A stretch of DNA of 64,000 nucleotides, taken from the NCBI RefSeq assembly GCF_004010195.1, contig NW_025215381.1:1480949-1544948 (forward strand). Direction: 5' to 3'. This document shows positions 37,501 to 50,082 of this stretch, in pieces. Source of the stretch: Chiloscyllium plagiosum (taxonomy: Eukaryota). The translations under genes were made by a program, and so were the position numbers. The number at the start of each line of letters is the position of its first letter. Positions within the stretch are counted from its first letter, which is position 1. The notes beneath the pieces are model-generated. The model did no database searches. It saw only the letters and a list, made by a program, of their open reading frames with translations, and was not told where the DNA came from.

Positions 37501-39239
37501 TTATATTAGATACCTTCCCAATTCCCATTGCAGGACCGGATATCGTAGCAAGCTGAGCACAAGTTCACCTTGGCTATAGGTCACCACAGTGTCACTGGAA
37601 GGTTTAACTGTAGTTCGCTGCTTGTTCCTTGAAAGGGAGTTAAATTATGCTTTCCAGTAGCTTGTTTAAAACATTAACAAACCTTTTCTCTACAGCTGCC
37701 AATGGCTCCACCGTGTAGTTCCAGCACTATTTGCAGAAATGAGGGCTGTTTTTTGGAAGCTTGGAGCACAGATACTGTGGAGAATACGTGGCCTTGAGCT
37801 GTAGCTGTTTAACATTGTTTGGCAGTACCTGGGCAGAGAAGAAATGAAGATGTCATTAATCATTGCACTATCTTACAAAGCAGCTTTAAATTCTTTTTCA
37901 GATTTTTAAAGGTGAAATAATTTAATGAAACAGTGCAGAGAGCATTCCATTGAAACTGACCAGTGTTGGTGTCAACCAGCACAAGGCCACGTATTCTCAT
38001 TGTTCCTTTTTCTGCTGTGCCTCAGCTCCCATCTTCTTCGTCTCTAGTTTACAAGGGCCAATACCTGACTTCCATCATCAGATGGCCTATTTGTTTATCG
38101 TTCTGTTTGGGGATCTTGCTGTGCATCAATTAACCTTGCATTTCCTCTGTTGCATCAGTAACCACACTTAGAAAAGCCCTTCATCGGCTGTGAATGGGAT
38201 GTCCTGGGGATAACGAAAGGTTCTGTATAAATACATAAGTCCATTTCTGATATCTTTCAGCAAGATTGTTGCTCATACCTTGTGAGCGCGCGTGTGTATT
38301 CTAAGTACCAGTTTGTCCCTCATTTTACCAAGGCCTATTACAGTTATTACGCTGGTTTGAACCAAGGCTTTAGTGTGTCAATATTTCAAATTTTTAAAGG
38401 TTCTTTCATGGGATGTGAGAACCAGAGACTGGGCCAGTATTTACTACCCACTCCCAGAAGGTGATGGTGAGCTGCCTTATGAACTGCTATAATCTGTGTG
38501 GTGTTAACACCACAATGCTGTCAGGAAGGGAGATTCAGGATTTTGACCCAGTGACACTTCAGGAACAGTGAAACGTTTCCAAGTCACATGGTGGGTGGCT
38601 CAGAGGGGAGCTTCCAAGGGCTGGTGTTCCCATGTATCTGCTGCTCTTGTCCTTCTCGGTGGTAGTGGTCATGGGTTCAGAATGTGCTTTCATTTCAGTA
38701 GTGCATCTTGTTGGTTGCGCACGCTGCTGCTGCTGCTGAGCATTGATGATGAAGGATATGGATGTTTGATGTGGTGTTAAATCAAACAGGCTGCTTTGAC
38801 CTCAATGATGTCTAGCTGTTTGAATGCTGTTGGAGCTGCACCCACCCAGCCAAGTGTGGAGTATTCTGTCACATGCCTAACTTGATGTCAAAGGCACTAT
38901 GTAAATGCAAAATGTTGTTCCCTTTGCAAGGAAGACCTTTCTCTTAATGTCTTTCAGACCCTCAAAACTCACAAGAGCACTTTAATAATAATGGAACACG
39001 TTTAAAGTGGTGTCGCTATGCTACCGCAGGTAATGCTGCAGTCAGGTTATGCACAGTGTGAGGCCACAAAACACAACATGATAATGACCAGATCCATCAA
39101 TTTTAAGATCGTGTTTGAGGCGTAAACATTGGCCCCAGTGCTGGGGATAGCATTCCCATTTATAAAGAACAGAGCCTTTGGATTTCTTCACTGTTCCTGG
39201 AGACAACCCAGAGAAGGATCAGTATCTTGATCGTAGAGC

Positions 39240-39541
39240 TCCGACAGTGTGGAAGCAGACCATTTGGCCCAACAGGTCCACATCAACCCTCTGAAGAGAA
39301 ACACACCCAGACTCATTCCTGTAATACTCCACTTTCCCCTGACTATTGCACCTAACCTACGCATCCCTGAGCCATATGGGCAATTTGTCACGGCCAATCC
39401 ACTTCACCTGCAAACCTTTGGACTGAGAGAGGAAACCGGAGCACCACAAGGAAACCCACTCAGTCGCCCGAGCCTGGAATCGAACCTGGGTCCCTGGCGC
39501 TGAGAGGCAGCAGTGCTGATCTCTGAGCCATCGTGCCGCCC
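39240..39541 (-). mobile_element. HE1-type SINE (internally deleted)
   Basis: Reverse complement of the family consensus. Confidence 0.85.
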
Positions 39542-39681
39542 TGATCTCCGGTATACAGGGATTGTGCTGTGAGGAGAGTTTGACTGGGTTTGATCTGTAC
39601 CCTGTGGAGTTTGGAAGAAGGAATTGAAGCCTTGTGAAACCTAGAAGATTCTTAACGGGATTTTTAGAATACCATGTTGGT

Positions 39682-39973
39682 GGGTGGCACGGTGGCACAG
39701 TGGTTAGCACTGCTGCCTCACAGCGCCAGAGACCGGGGTTCAATTCCCGCCTCAGGCGACTGACTGTGTGGAGTTTGCACGTTCTCCCCGTGTCTGCGTG
39801 GGTTTCCTCCGGGTGCTCCGGTTTCCTCCACAGTCCAAAGATGTGCAGGTCAGGTGAATTGGCCACACTAAATTGCCTGTAGTGTTAGGTTAGGGGTATA
39901 GGGGTGGGGCGGTGTGGACTTGTTGGGCCGAAGGGCCTGTATCCACACTGTAAGGAATCTAATCTAATCTAAT
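39682..39973 (+). mobile_element. HE1-type SINE, young
   Basis: A and B boxes, (taatc)n tail. Confidence 0.92.
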
Positions 39974-40305
39974 GTTTCCTCTTGTGGGAGATTCTAGGAA
40001 CAGGGGACATAATCTGACTGAAGGGTCACCAGTTTAAGACTACAGCGAGGGATTTCCTGTCTCAGGGCAGTGAATTTGTCGAATTCTTTATTGCAGAGTG
40101 CTGTCGAAGCTGTGTCGTTGGTATATTCGTGGCTGAGAGTTTTTTTTTTAATTAACCCGTAAGGGAATCCAGGATTATGGGAGAAAGGCAGGAAAGTTGA
40201 AGTTGAGGCTGATCAAAGCCGACCTGAAAGGCGTACAGTCTTGTGGTTCTCTTTCCTCCCTTAGACTCATTCAATCTCACTCTCTCCTCTCCTCCCCCAC
40301 CTTAG

Positions 40306-40459
40306 GCTGCCAACCAGGCATCGGTGCAGCACCAGAACCAGCAGCCAGTGAAGAAATCGCAGCTGGACCTTTTGGCAGACATTGGAGGTGATCCTTTTGC
40401 TTCCCCGGCACCCCAGCACACTGCTGCACAGGCCTTTGGGGCCTTCCCTGCCTTTGGAG
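40306..40459 (+). CDS. agfg2: AGFG2-like exon 5: AANQASVQHQNQQPVKKSQLDLLADIGGDPFASPAPQHTAAQAFGAFPAFG
   Basis: CT tract + cttag|G acceptor and GAG|gtaagt donor; 154 nt, phase 0 to 1. DLLADIGGDPFA and AFPAFG match AGFG2 rather than AGFG1 (DLLSDLGSDIFA) as I recall them. Confidence 0.92.
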
Positions 40460-40929
40460 GTAAGTATACCAAACCGAAACCACAGGAGAACTGTTGGTTC
40501 TTCCACTGCATGTCTCACCTCTGATCACCAGCCCAACACCTTGCATGAGGTGCTGCTGGTTTATAGCTACAGGCCTGTACCCACCAGCTGAGTGTCTAGG
40601 CCTGAACAGTCTGACTCTGATCTATCCTGACACCGTGATTACAGCTGAACCTGCTTCCTATACAAACATATGCACCAGGAACAGAAGTAGGCCATTCTGC
40701 CCATCAAACCTGCTCCACCATTTGAAGAGGTCATACCTGATTTGTTTGCATTCTGAGCTGCACGTTCCCACCTATTCCCAATTAGCTTTAACTCCCTTGG
40801 CCTGGCAACAATTGTCCATCACTCTCATGCAAGAGCGTGGCCCTCAAATGTAGGCTGACTCGTGACCCTTCTGCTCCTCACCCTCACCCTCACCCTCACC
40901 CTCACCCACAAGTGTGTTTGGCACACTTG

Positions 40930-41480
40930 CCATCATTGGTCAGAGTATTGTGTATAAGAGTTAGGACATCGTGTTATGGCTATAGACAAAAGGCAGCTTT
41001 AGCAACTCTGCTATGGGAGGGATGTTGTTAAACTTGAAAGGATACAGAAAAAATTCACAAGGATTTTGCTGGGATTGGAGTGTTTGAGTTAATGGGTGAG
41101 GCTAGTTGGGCTTGGGCCTTCTTGAAGTGTCAGAGACTGAGAGGTGACATTATATTGGTTTATAACATGATGAGGGGCATAGATATGGTCTTTTTCCCAG
41201 GGTACGGGAGTCCAAAAGTAGAGGGCATAGGTTTAAGGTGAGAGGGGAAAGATTTAAAAGGGTCCTGAGGGGCAGCTTTATCTCACAGATGGATTGAGCT
41301 ACCAGAGAAGGTAGCAGAGGCCCAAAAGAGTTGCAGCATTTGAAAGACATTTGGACAGGTCCATGAATAGGAAGGGTTGAGAGAGATATGGGCCAAATAC
41401 AGGCAATTGGTTCTAGTTCAGTTTGGGAAGCCTGGTTGGTATGTACAGAAGAGTCTGCCTCTATGCTGTATAACTGTATA
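40930..41480 (+). mobile_element. CR1-type LINE 3' end, decayed
   Basis: gagggcataggtttaaggtgagaggggaaagattt and the family tail. Confidence 0.8.
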
Positions 41481-41844
41481 GGTCTGTTAATGAATAGCTT
41501 GCCACCACTCACCACGTTCCACAGTTGGGATTTTGTGATGCTGGTGTGGGTGGGTGGATTTATTTCTGGGCTTTGCACCTCATGGGGGAATATGTGGGCC
41601 TTGGGATTGATGTAGTCCAAATTTGCCTATTTGGCAAAGGTGCCATGGGTTGTTATCCAGACACGTTGAGTAAGGTCCTATTCTCTTGAGTTTAGATGGT
41701 CAAGGGGCAATCTAATAGAGTTAAACACTCCTTAAAATGCTTTTGCCTTGGACGGTGGGATTGCTATCGAAAAACTATTTTCCTTGTGAGGTGTGATTTT
41801 CAATGGGGAGTTTAAACTGACCAACCATGTAGTATACATATATT

Positions 41845-42138
41845 TAGATTACTTACTTACAGTGTGGAAACAGGCCCTTCGGCCCAACAAGTCCACTCCG
41901 ACCCGTCGAAGCGCACCCACTCAGACCCATTCCCCTGCATTTACCCCTTAACCTAACACTACGGACAATTTAGCATGGCCAATTCACCTAACCACATTTT
42001 TTTTTGGACTGTGGGAGAAAACCCACGCAGACACGGGAAGAATGTGCAAACTCCACACAGTCAGTCGCCTGAGGCGGGAATTGAAGCCGGGTCTCTGGCA
42101 CGCTGTGAGGCAGCAGTGCTAACCACTGTGCCGCCCAC
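41845..42138 (-). mobile_element. HE1-type SINE, young
   Basis: Reverse complement of 39682-39973, sharing cctcaggcgactgactgtgtggagtttgcac. Confidence 0.9.
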
Positions 42139-42259
42139 GGGGTATTTGTGGAAATCTTTTCCATTCATGCATGGAATGTGGATGTTACTGGCTGGGCCAT
42201 CATTTATTGCCCATCTTTAATTACCAAAGGGCAGTTGAGAGTCAGTGTTGCTTTCGAGG

Positions 42260-43720
42260 GGAAGCCAGGGAATTACAGACCAGTTAGCCTAACAGAAATT
42301 GTTCCAAAATCAAGGATTGGGTACTGGTCACCTCAGGTTTCAGGGCGAGTCAGCATGGTAGTCAAAGGTGACAAAGATGGTGGACAGAGGTAAGTTGACG
42401 GATGTTGTTTACAGTGACTTCCAGAAGGTTTTTGATAAAGTCCCATGCAACAGACTGTTGGCTAAGCTGGAAGGCCATGGAACTGGGGGAAAATTACTAA
42501 CCAATAAGACGTGGTTTCCTGTCAAAGCTGGACTAATGGGCAAGTACTCAAGTTGGCAGGGATCTGTGTTGGGGCCTGAATTATTCACAAGAACTTGCAC
42601 AATGGCATAAAAAGTCAACCCAAAAGTGGGCAGTGTTGTCGAGCATGTTGACAACAGCATGAGTGTACAACAGGATGCTTACAGGTGAATGAGCAAAGCT
42701 GTGGCAGATGGATTTTAATTTAAGCAAGTGGGAGGTGCTCTATTTCAGACTGAGAAAGGATAGATAGGGTTTTTTTTTAAAGAATACACAGTGTCCAATG
42801 AGATTTGAGGGTTCTGGTGCTTTGCTCTTTAAAGTGCCATGAGCAGGTTCAGAAATAGTGAAGGTGGTGAGTGGACTGCTGGCCTTCGTATGCAGGTGTT
42901 ATGCTGCAGTCACACTAAACCCTACTTAGACCCCACTTATAGTGCTGAGAGCAAATCTGGATGGATATTTTGCCTTGGACAGAATTCAGTGCAGGTTTGC
43001 AAAGACTTTGGGGTTAAGTTGACTTAACTTAACCCCTGAAGTCCAGGTTATGAGGAGAAATTAGGCTTGAATTTGTAAGCTTAAGGAGTGATCTGATTAA
43101 AGTCTTTCGGATATTAACAGGGACAGACAGGGTAGGTGGACTCTTTGCACTGGTTGAAGATTCCAGAATCATAGTCTAAGAATTAAGGATGGACCATTCA
43201 GAAGAGATGTTAGAAAGCACTTGGACACGCATAGAGTAGTGGAAATTTGGAAATTTCTTCCTAAAACAACAGTTTACAATAATTTACTTTTAGATTAGAT
43301 TCCCAACAGTGTGGAAACAGGCCCTTCGGCCCACGCTGACCTTCCGAAGTGTAACCCACTCAGACCCATTTCCCCGCTAATGCACCTAACATTACAGGCA
43401 ATTTAGCATGGCCAATTTACCAAACCTGCACATCATTGGACTGTGGGAGGAAACCGGAGCACCCGGAAGAAACCCACGCAGACACGGGGAGAATGTGCAA
43501 ACTCCACACAGACAGTCGTCCGAGGCTGGAATCGAACCTGAGCCCCTGGTGCTGTGAGGCAGCAGTGCTAACCACTGAGCCACCGTGCTTATTAAATGTA
43601 AATCTGAGAATTTTTTTATTAAACAAAGCAGGCATATGGAGTTAGGCCACAGATTAACTTTGATCTTATTGAATGACAGAGCAGGCTGGAGTGGCTGAAT
43701 GGCTTACTCCTGTTCTTGCT
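42260..43720 (+). mobile_element. Old CR1 RT fragment with nested HE1 SINE (43291-43588, -)
   Basis: DVVYSDFQKVFDKVP and QGSVLGPELF peptides. Confidence 0.8.
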
Positions 43721-44117
43721 TTCCTACATTGCTGTGACGTGTGTCTGGAATCATCAGCAGGCGGTAGAGTAGTAGAGAGTATTTCCTTCCCTAAAGGATG
43801 TCACCGAACCCGAATGAGTTTTTACAGCAATCGACATCAGACTGAATTTTTTATTCCATGCTTTTATTGAACTCAGACCTCACCATCTGCCATCAAACCC
43901 ATTTCCCCAGAACGTTAGCCTAGGGTTTTGGATGACGAGTCAAATGACTGTAAACAGTACACTGCCACCTCTCCTCCATTATAATGATGTGATTTCACCC
44001 TCTATTACTGAACTAAACACGGGTTCAAAGTTAGCTTACATCGAGAAATGATACCAATCAGTCCTGTGTGACGATGCCCTGTAGGCACAGCAGTAAACAG
44101 TTTGGTTTCTCTTCCAG

Positions 44118-44240
44118 CTCAGCAGACCGCACATCCGGGTTTCCCAGGCTTCAGTCCGTTTAGCAGCGGAGGCTCAGCTAATGTTGGAAATTTCCCACCG
44201 GCCCACCAAGCCCCTTTCCAGGTCCAGTCCGCAACCTCAG
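44118..44240 (+). CDS. agfg2: AGFG2-like exon 6: AQQTAHPGFPGFSPFSSGGSANVGNFPPAHQAPFQVQSATS
   Basis: tttctcttccag|C acceptor and CAG|gtatgg donor; 123 nt, phase 1 to 1. F/G/S/P-rich like the AGFG FG-repeat region. Confidence 0.88.
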
Positions 44241-44509
44241 GTATGGCACCTTACTCAGCTCCCAGTATATCGAAATCTTTGAAAGTGATCAAGGGATAGG
44301 CGTTGTGAAGGTGCACCAGCTTTTATAGGAGGCCAGAACTCTGGGCCGTTGGTATGAGATAGTCCTGTCAGAAATTCGGAAGCAGTTCCTTCACCCAGAG
44401 ACGGGGGAATTTAGAACTTGCTGTCACAGGGAGTGATTGAGGTGAATAGTATTGATAACACTGGATGTGGAAAAACAAGGGAGAAAGGAATGGAAATATT
44501 TCCTGAAAT

Positions 44510-44760
44510 GAATATAAAAGGGGCAACGTTTTCACGCAGAGGGTGGTGTGCGTATGGAATGAGCTGCCAGAGGAAGTGGTGGAGGCTGGTACAATTGCAA
44601 CATTTAAAAGGCATCTGGATGGGTATGTGAATAGGAAGGGTTTGTAGGGATATGTGCAGGGTGCTGGCAGGTGGGACGAGATTGGGTTGGGATATCTGGT
44701 TGGCATGGATGGGTTGGACCGAAGGGTCTGTTTCTGTGCTGTACATCTCTCTGACTCTAT
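44510..44760 (+). mobile_element. Young CR1/HER1 3' end
   Basis: Near-identical to 33770-33994. Confidence 0.9.
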
Positions 44761-45374
44761 GAATAGTATGTGGAGAGGTATTTCATGTGAAGCAATGAGC
44801 AGATGAGCCAAATGGTCTTTTCCAATGTGCTACACATCATATTTAGTCTGTGTCTCTCTCCCTGCCCGCCCCTCTTTCCCTGCCCGCCCCTCTCTCCCTG
44901 CCTCTCTATCATTAGTTCCTAATCCCACCCCCTTCCCCAATGTGGGGAGAAAATCAGATACCGAACAATATCAGGCATTTGTGACTGGTGAATAAAAATG
45001 TATTTGAAGAGGTCAGTTTTAAGAGTATCTGAAAATAGGAGAGTGAGAGAGACGGAGTGGCTTTGGAATGGATTTCCAGAGCTGCTGAAGGTATGACTGT
45101 TAGTGCTACCATGCGAATTGGGGTGGGAGGGAATATTAGAAATGTGTGGACACTTAATAGAAAGATCATCTCGGGATCAGGAATAACACTGAGGTTACTA
45201 ACCCTCAGCCTTGGATACTTGCCAGGGAGAAAAGTGTGGTCGGTGACTAAGGAACTGAGTTTGTTACAGGGACCAAAGGGTCACTCTTCCCAGTCTTTAG
45301 CTGAAGGAAGTTAGCACTCAACTAAGTCTGGATGTCAGAGAGCCATTCAGTCAGTTTAAATATGGAGGAAGGGT

Positions 45375-47175
45375 CAAGAGCCGGTCAAGGACAGCATTGG
45401 GAAGTTGTGCATGGAGTCCAAAGAGATAGGAGAGGCACTAAATGAATATTTTTCGTCAGTGTTCTCACAGGAAAAAGACCTTGCTGTCAAGGAGAATACT
45501 GAGATACAGGCTATTATACTAGATGGGACTAAAGATTCATAAGGAGGGGGTGTTGGCAATTCTGGAAAGTGTGAAAATAGGTAAGTCCCCTGGGCCGGGT
45601 GGGATTTATCCTAGGATTCTTTGGGAAACTAGGGAGATTGCCGAACTTTTTGCTTTGATCTTTGTCGTCATTGTCTACAGGAATAGTGCCGGAAGACTGG
45701 AGGATAGCAACTGTTGTCCCCTTGAGAAAGAAGGGGAGTAGAGATAACCCTGGTAATTATAGACCAGTGAGCCCTCCTTTGGTTGTGTGTAAAGTGTTGG
45801 AAAGGATTATCAGAGATAGAATTTATAATCATCCAGAAAGGAATAATTTGGTTAGGGATAGTCAACATAGGTTTGTGAAGGGTAGGTCGTGCTTCACAAA
45901 CCTTTTTGAGTTCTCTTGAGAAGGTGACCAAACAGGTGGACGAGGGGACAGCAGTTGATGTGGTGTATGGATTTCAGTAAGGCATTGGATAAGGTTCCCC
46001 ACGGTAGGCTATTGCACAAAATATGGAGGCATGGGATTGAGGGTGATTTAGTGGTTTGGATCAGAAATTGGCTAGCTGAAAGAAGACAGAGGGTGGTGGT
46101 TGATGGGAAATGTTCATCCTGGAGTTCAGTTACTAGTGGTGTGCCGCAAGGATCTGTTTTGGGGTCACTGCTGTTTGTCATTTTTATAAATGACTTGATG
46201 ATGGCGTAGAAGGATGGGTTGCCACCCAGAATGATAGGGTTGTTAAGAAGGCGTACAATGTGTTAGCTTTTGTTGGGTTGAGTTTCGGAGCCATGCAAAC
46301 ATGCTGCAACTATACAAAACTCTAGTGTGGCCGCACTTGGAGAATTGCGCACAATTCTGGTCGCCGCATGATAGGAAGGACGTGGAAGCTATGGAAAGGG
46401 AGCAGAGGAGATTTACCAGGATGTCGCCTGGTTCGGAGGGAAGGTCTATGAAGAAAGGCTGAGGGACTTGAAGGACGTGGAAGCTATGGAAAGGGTGCAG
46501 AGGAGATTTACCAGGATGTCGCCTGGTTCGGAGGGAAGGTCTTATGAAGAAAGGCTGAGGGACTTGAGGCTGTTTTTGTCAGAGAGAAGAAAGATAAGAG
46601 GTGACTTACTAGAGACATACAAGATGATCAGAGGATTAGGTAGGGTGGACAGTGAGAGCCTTTTTCCTCGGATGGTCATGGCTTGCATGAGGGGGCTTAG
46701 CTTTAAACTGAGGGGTGATAGATAATGGACAGATGGGTTCTCTCCTGTTCCCTGGATGCTGCCTGACCTGCTGTGCTGTTCCAGCAATAAAGTTTCAACT
46801 TTGATCTCCAGCATCTGCAGACCTCACTTTCTCCTCAGTAAAGATCACGCCTCAGATGAAGAGGCAGCGCCTCAAAAGCTAGTGCTTCCAAATAAACCTG
46901 TCGGATTATAACCTGGTATTGCACGATTGTTAACTTTGTCCATGCCAGTCCAACACCGGCTCCTCCAAATCATTACTCAGCGTCGTAAAGGCGTGAAATG
47001 CCCTGCCTGCAACAGTAGTAGACTCGCCAACTTTAAGGGCATTTAAATGGTCATTGGATAAATATGTGGATGATAATAGAATAGTGTAGGTTGGATGGGC
47101 TTCAGATTGGTTCACAGTACGGCACAACATCGAGGGCCGAAGGGTCTGTACCACACTTGAATGTTCAATGTTCCA
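45375..47175 (+). mobile_element. CR1-type LINE ORF2 fragment with a 95-bp tandem duplication (46375-46565) and nested PLE pieces (46738-46974)
   Basis: [27 protein letters not shown] and [10 protein letters not shown] peptides; duplicated gaaggacgtggaagctatggaaaggg unit. Confidence 0.9.
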
Positions 47176-47605
47176 ATAGATCTGTTTATTGGCAGAGTAC
47201 TTGATGGGAACTGATATCAGATGTTGTTGCGAGAATGATGGGATGCAGTGTCATATAACTGCGCATTCTTACAGAAATGCACACATTCCTTCATGCACTC
47301 AATCACTCGCATGAACATCCACGTACACAATATCAGATACACATATAGATGCTACAGAGGCTATCAGCCTATTTAGTAATTTGGTATTTGGATGTTGGTG
47401 ATGCTGGCTAGGCCAGCAGTTGTTGCTCTGGGGAAGGTATTAGTGAGTTAGCTTTTTGAATTCCAGTAGTCCTCAGAATGAAGGTGTACACTCAATGCTG
47501 TTGAAGAGAGTTCCAGGGTTTTGACCCAATGTCACTGAAGGCACAGGATGGTGAGTTCCTTGGAAGGGAGCTTTCAGATGGTGATGTTTCCCTGCCCTTG
47601 TTCAT

Positions 47606-47827
47606 AATTAAAAATCACCCAACACCAGGTTATAGTCCGACAGGTTTAATTGGAAGCGCTAGCTTTCGGAGCGACGCTCCTTCATCAGATGGTTGTGGCC
47701 ATCACCACCTGATCGAACAGCGGTGCTCCGAAAGCTAGCGCTTCCAATTAAACCTGTTAGACTATAACCTGGTATTGTGTGATCTTGAACTTTGTACACC
47801 CCAGTCCCAACACCGGCATCTCCAAAT
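47606..47827. mobile_element. Fold-back PLE family-B insertion with 9-bp TSD
   Basis: Arms ~47613-47693 and ~47704-47783 are inverted; cttgttcat at 47597-47605 and 47828-47836. Confidence 0.82.
47657..47691 (-). ncRNA. Minimal hammerhead ribozyme motif, family B
   Basis: Minus strand CAU-CUGAUGA-A-GGAGC(GUC)GCUCC-GAA-AGCU-A-GCG: perfect 5-bp stem II, palindromic AGCU stem III. Confidence 0.65.
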
Positions 47828-49622
47828 CTTGTTCATGAATGGTAGAGATCTCTGGTTCAGAAAGTGCTGTCTGAGGAGCCTTGGTGAGTTGTTGGTGTGC
47901 ACCTTATAGTTGGCACAGACATTGCTGCTCCTGAGCATTAGTGGTGGAGGTACTGAATATTGACGGTAGTGGTTAATGTACTGATCAAGGAGTTTGTCCT
48001 GGATGGAATCAAACTTCTTGAGTTGTTGAAGCTGCGTTCTTCCAAGCAACTGGGGACAATTCTGTCGCAGTCCTGACCTGTGCTTTCCAGACAGTGGACA
48101 GACTTTAGTTGACGTTTGGCAGTACAGCTCATTTTAATCTTATCTTTTCTGTAGTGGATACAAGTGAGCAGCTTGTTCAGCTATTTCAGAGGGCAGTTCA
48201 GTGTCCACCACATTATTATTGGTCTGAAGTCATGTAAATCATACTGGCTAAAGAGCAGATTTCCTTCTCTGAGGGACATGAGTGGTGAATGTTACACCGA
48301 ACGTGAGACGTTGAGCCATCTGGCCTGGATTGAATTTGTCTGATGGTGCTGAGTACTGAGACTACTCACTTTTAGAGGTGTGTAGCCAGAGCTTCTCCAA
48401 GTACGTTGTTCTAACTGCCGTTGCTAATTCTTGCAAACTGTAGTTGAGCAGTCCTCCTGAGAACAGTTCCTTGCTCTCAATATTGTTGTGGCCTAAACAA
48501 ACTGCCCTGATCCCGACTGTAGTGGTAGGAAAATGGAATAATCGTTTTTCAATCCGCTTGTTTCCTTCCCTGAAGGTGATGACCCATGCCGACTCAAGCG
48601 GCCACCATTTTGTTTGCCAGGGTGACATTTTGACCTCAGAGGCCATGACCGTGCTGTAGCAATTGCATTGTCTGTGTGGTGCACTCGCTGCAGACGAAAC
48701 GTACAGGATCCTGAGGGGTCTTGACAGGATGGATGCGGAGAGAGTGAATCTTGAACTAGGGCATCACTATTTATAAACAATGGTCGCCCAATTGAGGTCG
48801 AGATGAGGTGTTTTCTCTCTGAGGGGCGAGTGTCTTTGGAAATATCTTCTTGAAAGGGCGTGGAAGCAGAGCCTTTGAATATTTTTTAAGGCAAGAGTGG
48901 ATAGATTCTTGTTAAGCAAGGAGGGTGAAAGGTTATTAGGACTAGTCGAGCATGTAGAGTGAAGGTGACAATCAGACCAGCCATGTTTGTCTGATCGCAA
49001 ACAGGAGCACTGGCTGAATTATTTTGTGCTCCAGTAATACCAAAGCTGAGTGTATACAGCACCAGTGAGGTTGAGATTGGGAGCGGAATTGGGGGTGTGG
49101 TGGAGAGACAAGGTTGGAGGTTCAGCCTGGTGACTTCTGCTCTGAATAGCTCCAAATAGCCCCCACTGACGGAGTTTGATTGGCTTGGTGTGCTGTTCGA
49201 GTCGGGATGCCTTAGCATCCTTTAAAATTAAGACAAGTTCACGAGCACGGATATGATGTAACTGTTTCCGTTTGTTTTGAAGTGAGCAGTATGGTTAGAA
49301 GAGATTTTAAAAATTTGTTCACGATATGGGCATATCTGATTGGCAACAGACACTGGCTCATCGCAAATGTCCTCATGAACTGAGTGACTTCTCAGAATCG
49401 TTCTGTGGGTCACTCGATCCAAAATATTAACACTCTCCACAGAAGCTGCCAGACTTGCTGATCTTGTCCAGCAATTTCTGTTTTTGTCTCTGATTGTGTG
49501 CACGCCTGGGTGTTAGTGTGTGGGAGAGTGCAGTGTGTCTAGCTAAGCATGTCTGTGTGAGTGAGTTACTCGCGCCCTTTTTGCCGTTTGGATTTGTTTT
49601 TTTTTTGCTGGTCTTGTGGCAG

Positions 49623-49655
49623 GTACTTGCACTGGCAGATTGAACCTGAGCTCAG
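49623..49655 (+). other. Candidate 33-nt alternative microexon, (G)TCTGRLNLSS(G)
   Basis: AG-free U-rich tract 49566-49620, gcag| acceptor and CAG|gtttgg donor; phase 1-1 and stop-free between exons 6 and 7. No homology support. Confidence 0.35.
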
Positions 49656-50082
49656 GTTTGGCAGCGATCCCATCGGTTCAGTACAGTAATTCAACATAGC
49701 TGCTTTGGGTGCCTTGAAGGGTTGTAAAGTGAGCACACTGGTTCTCTGCCTGAATGGTCTGATTTTCAGTGGAATATCGTAGACTTGGCGACCGTATCAC
49801 AGTCGGCGGGAATTGAAGAGGGAGGGTATAGAGCCAAGGGCACCAGATGCCTTAACTGTGACAGAATTAACAAAATACACATTCCCCCACCAGCTTAACT
49901 TTGATTCTACCACTATATCAAACCCCATATAAATTTTGGACCTGGAGACTTGCAAGGTTGTGTGTGACTCCATGACATGCATTGTATTTAGTTCGAGTCA
50001 ATTTTATTTTCTCGTTCTGTTTTCATTTTCGTTTAGTTTCTTTTCCCCTCCCATTCCTTTTTGTTTTCTTCATTTGCAACAG

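Noticed and set aside
48576..48621. Candidate cassette exon after tttccttccctgaag
   Set aside because: 46 nt is frame-shifting, the donor is weak and there is no AGFG similarity.
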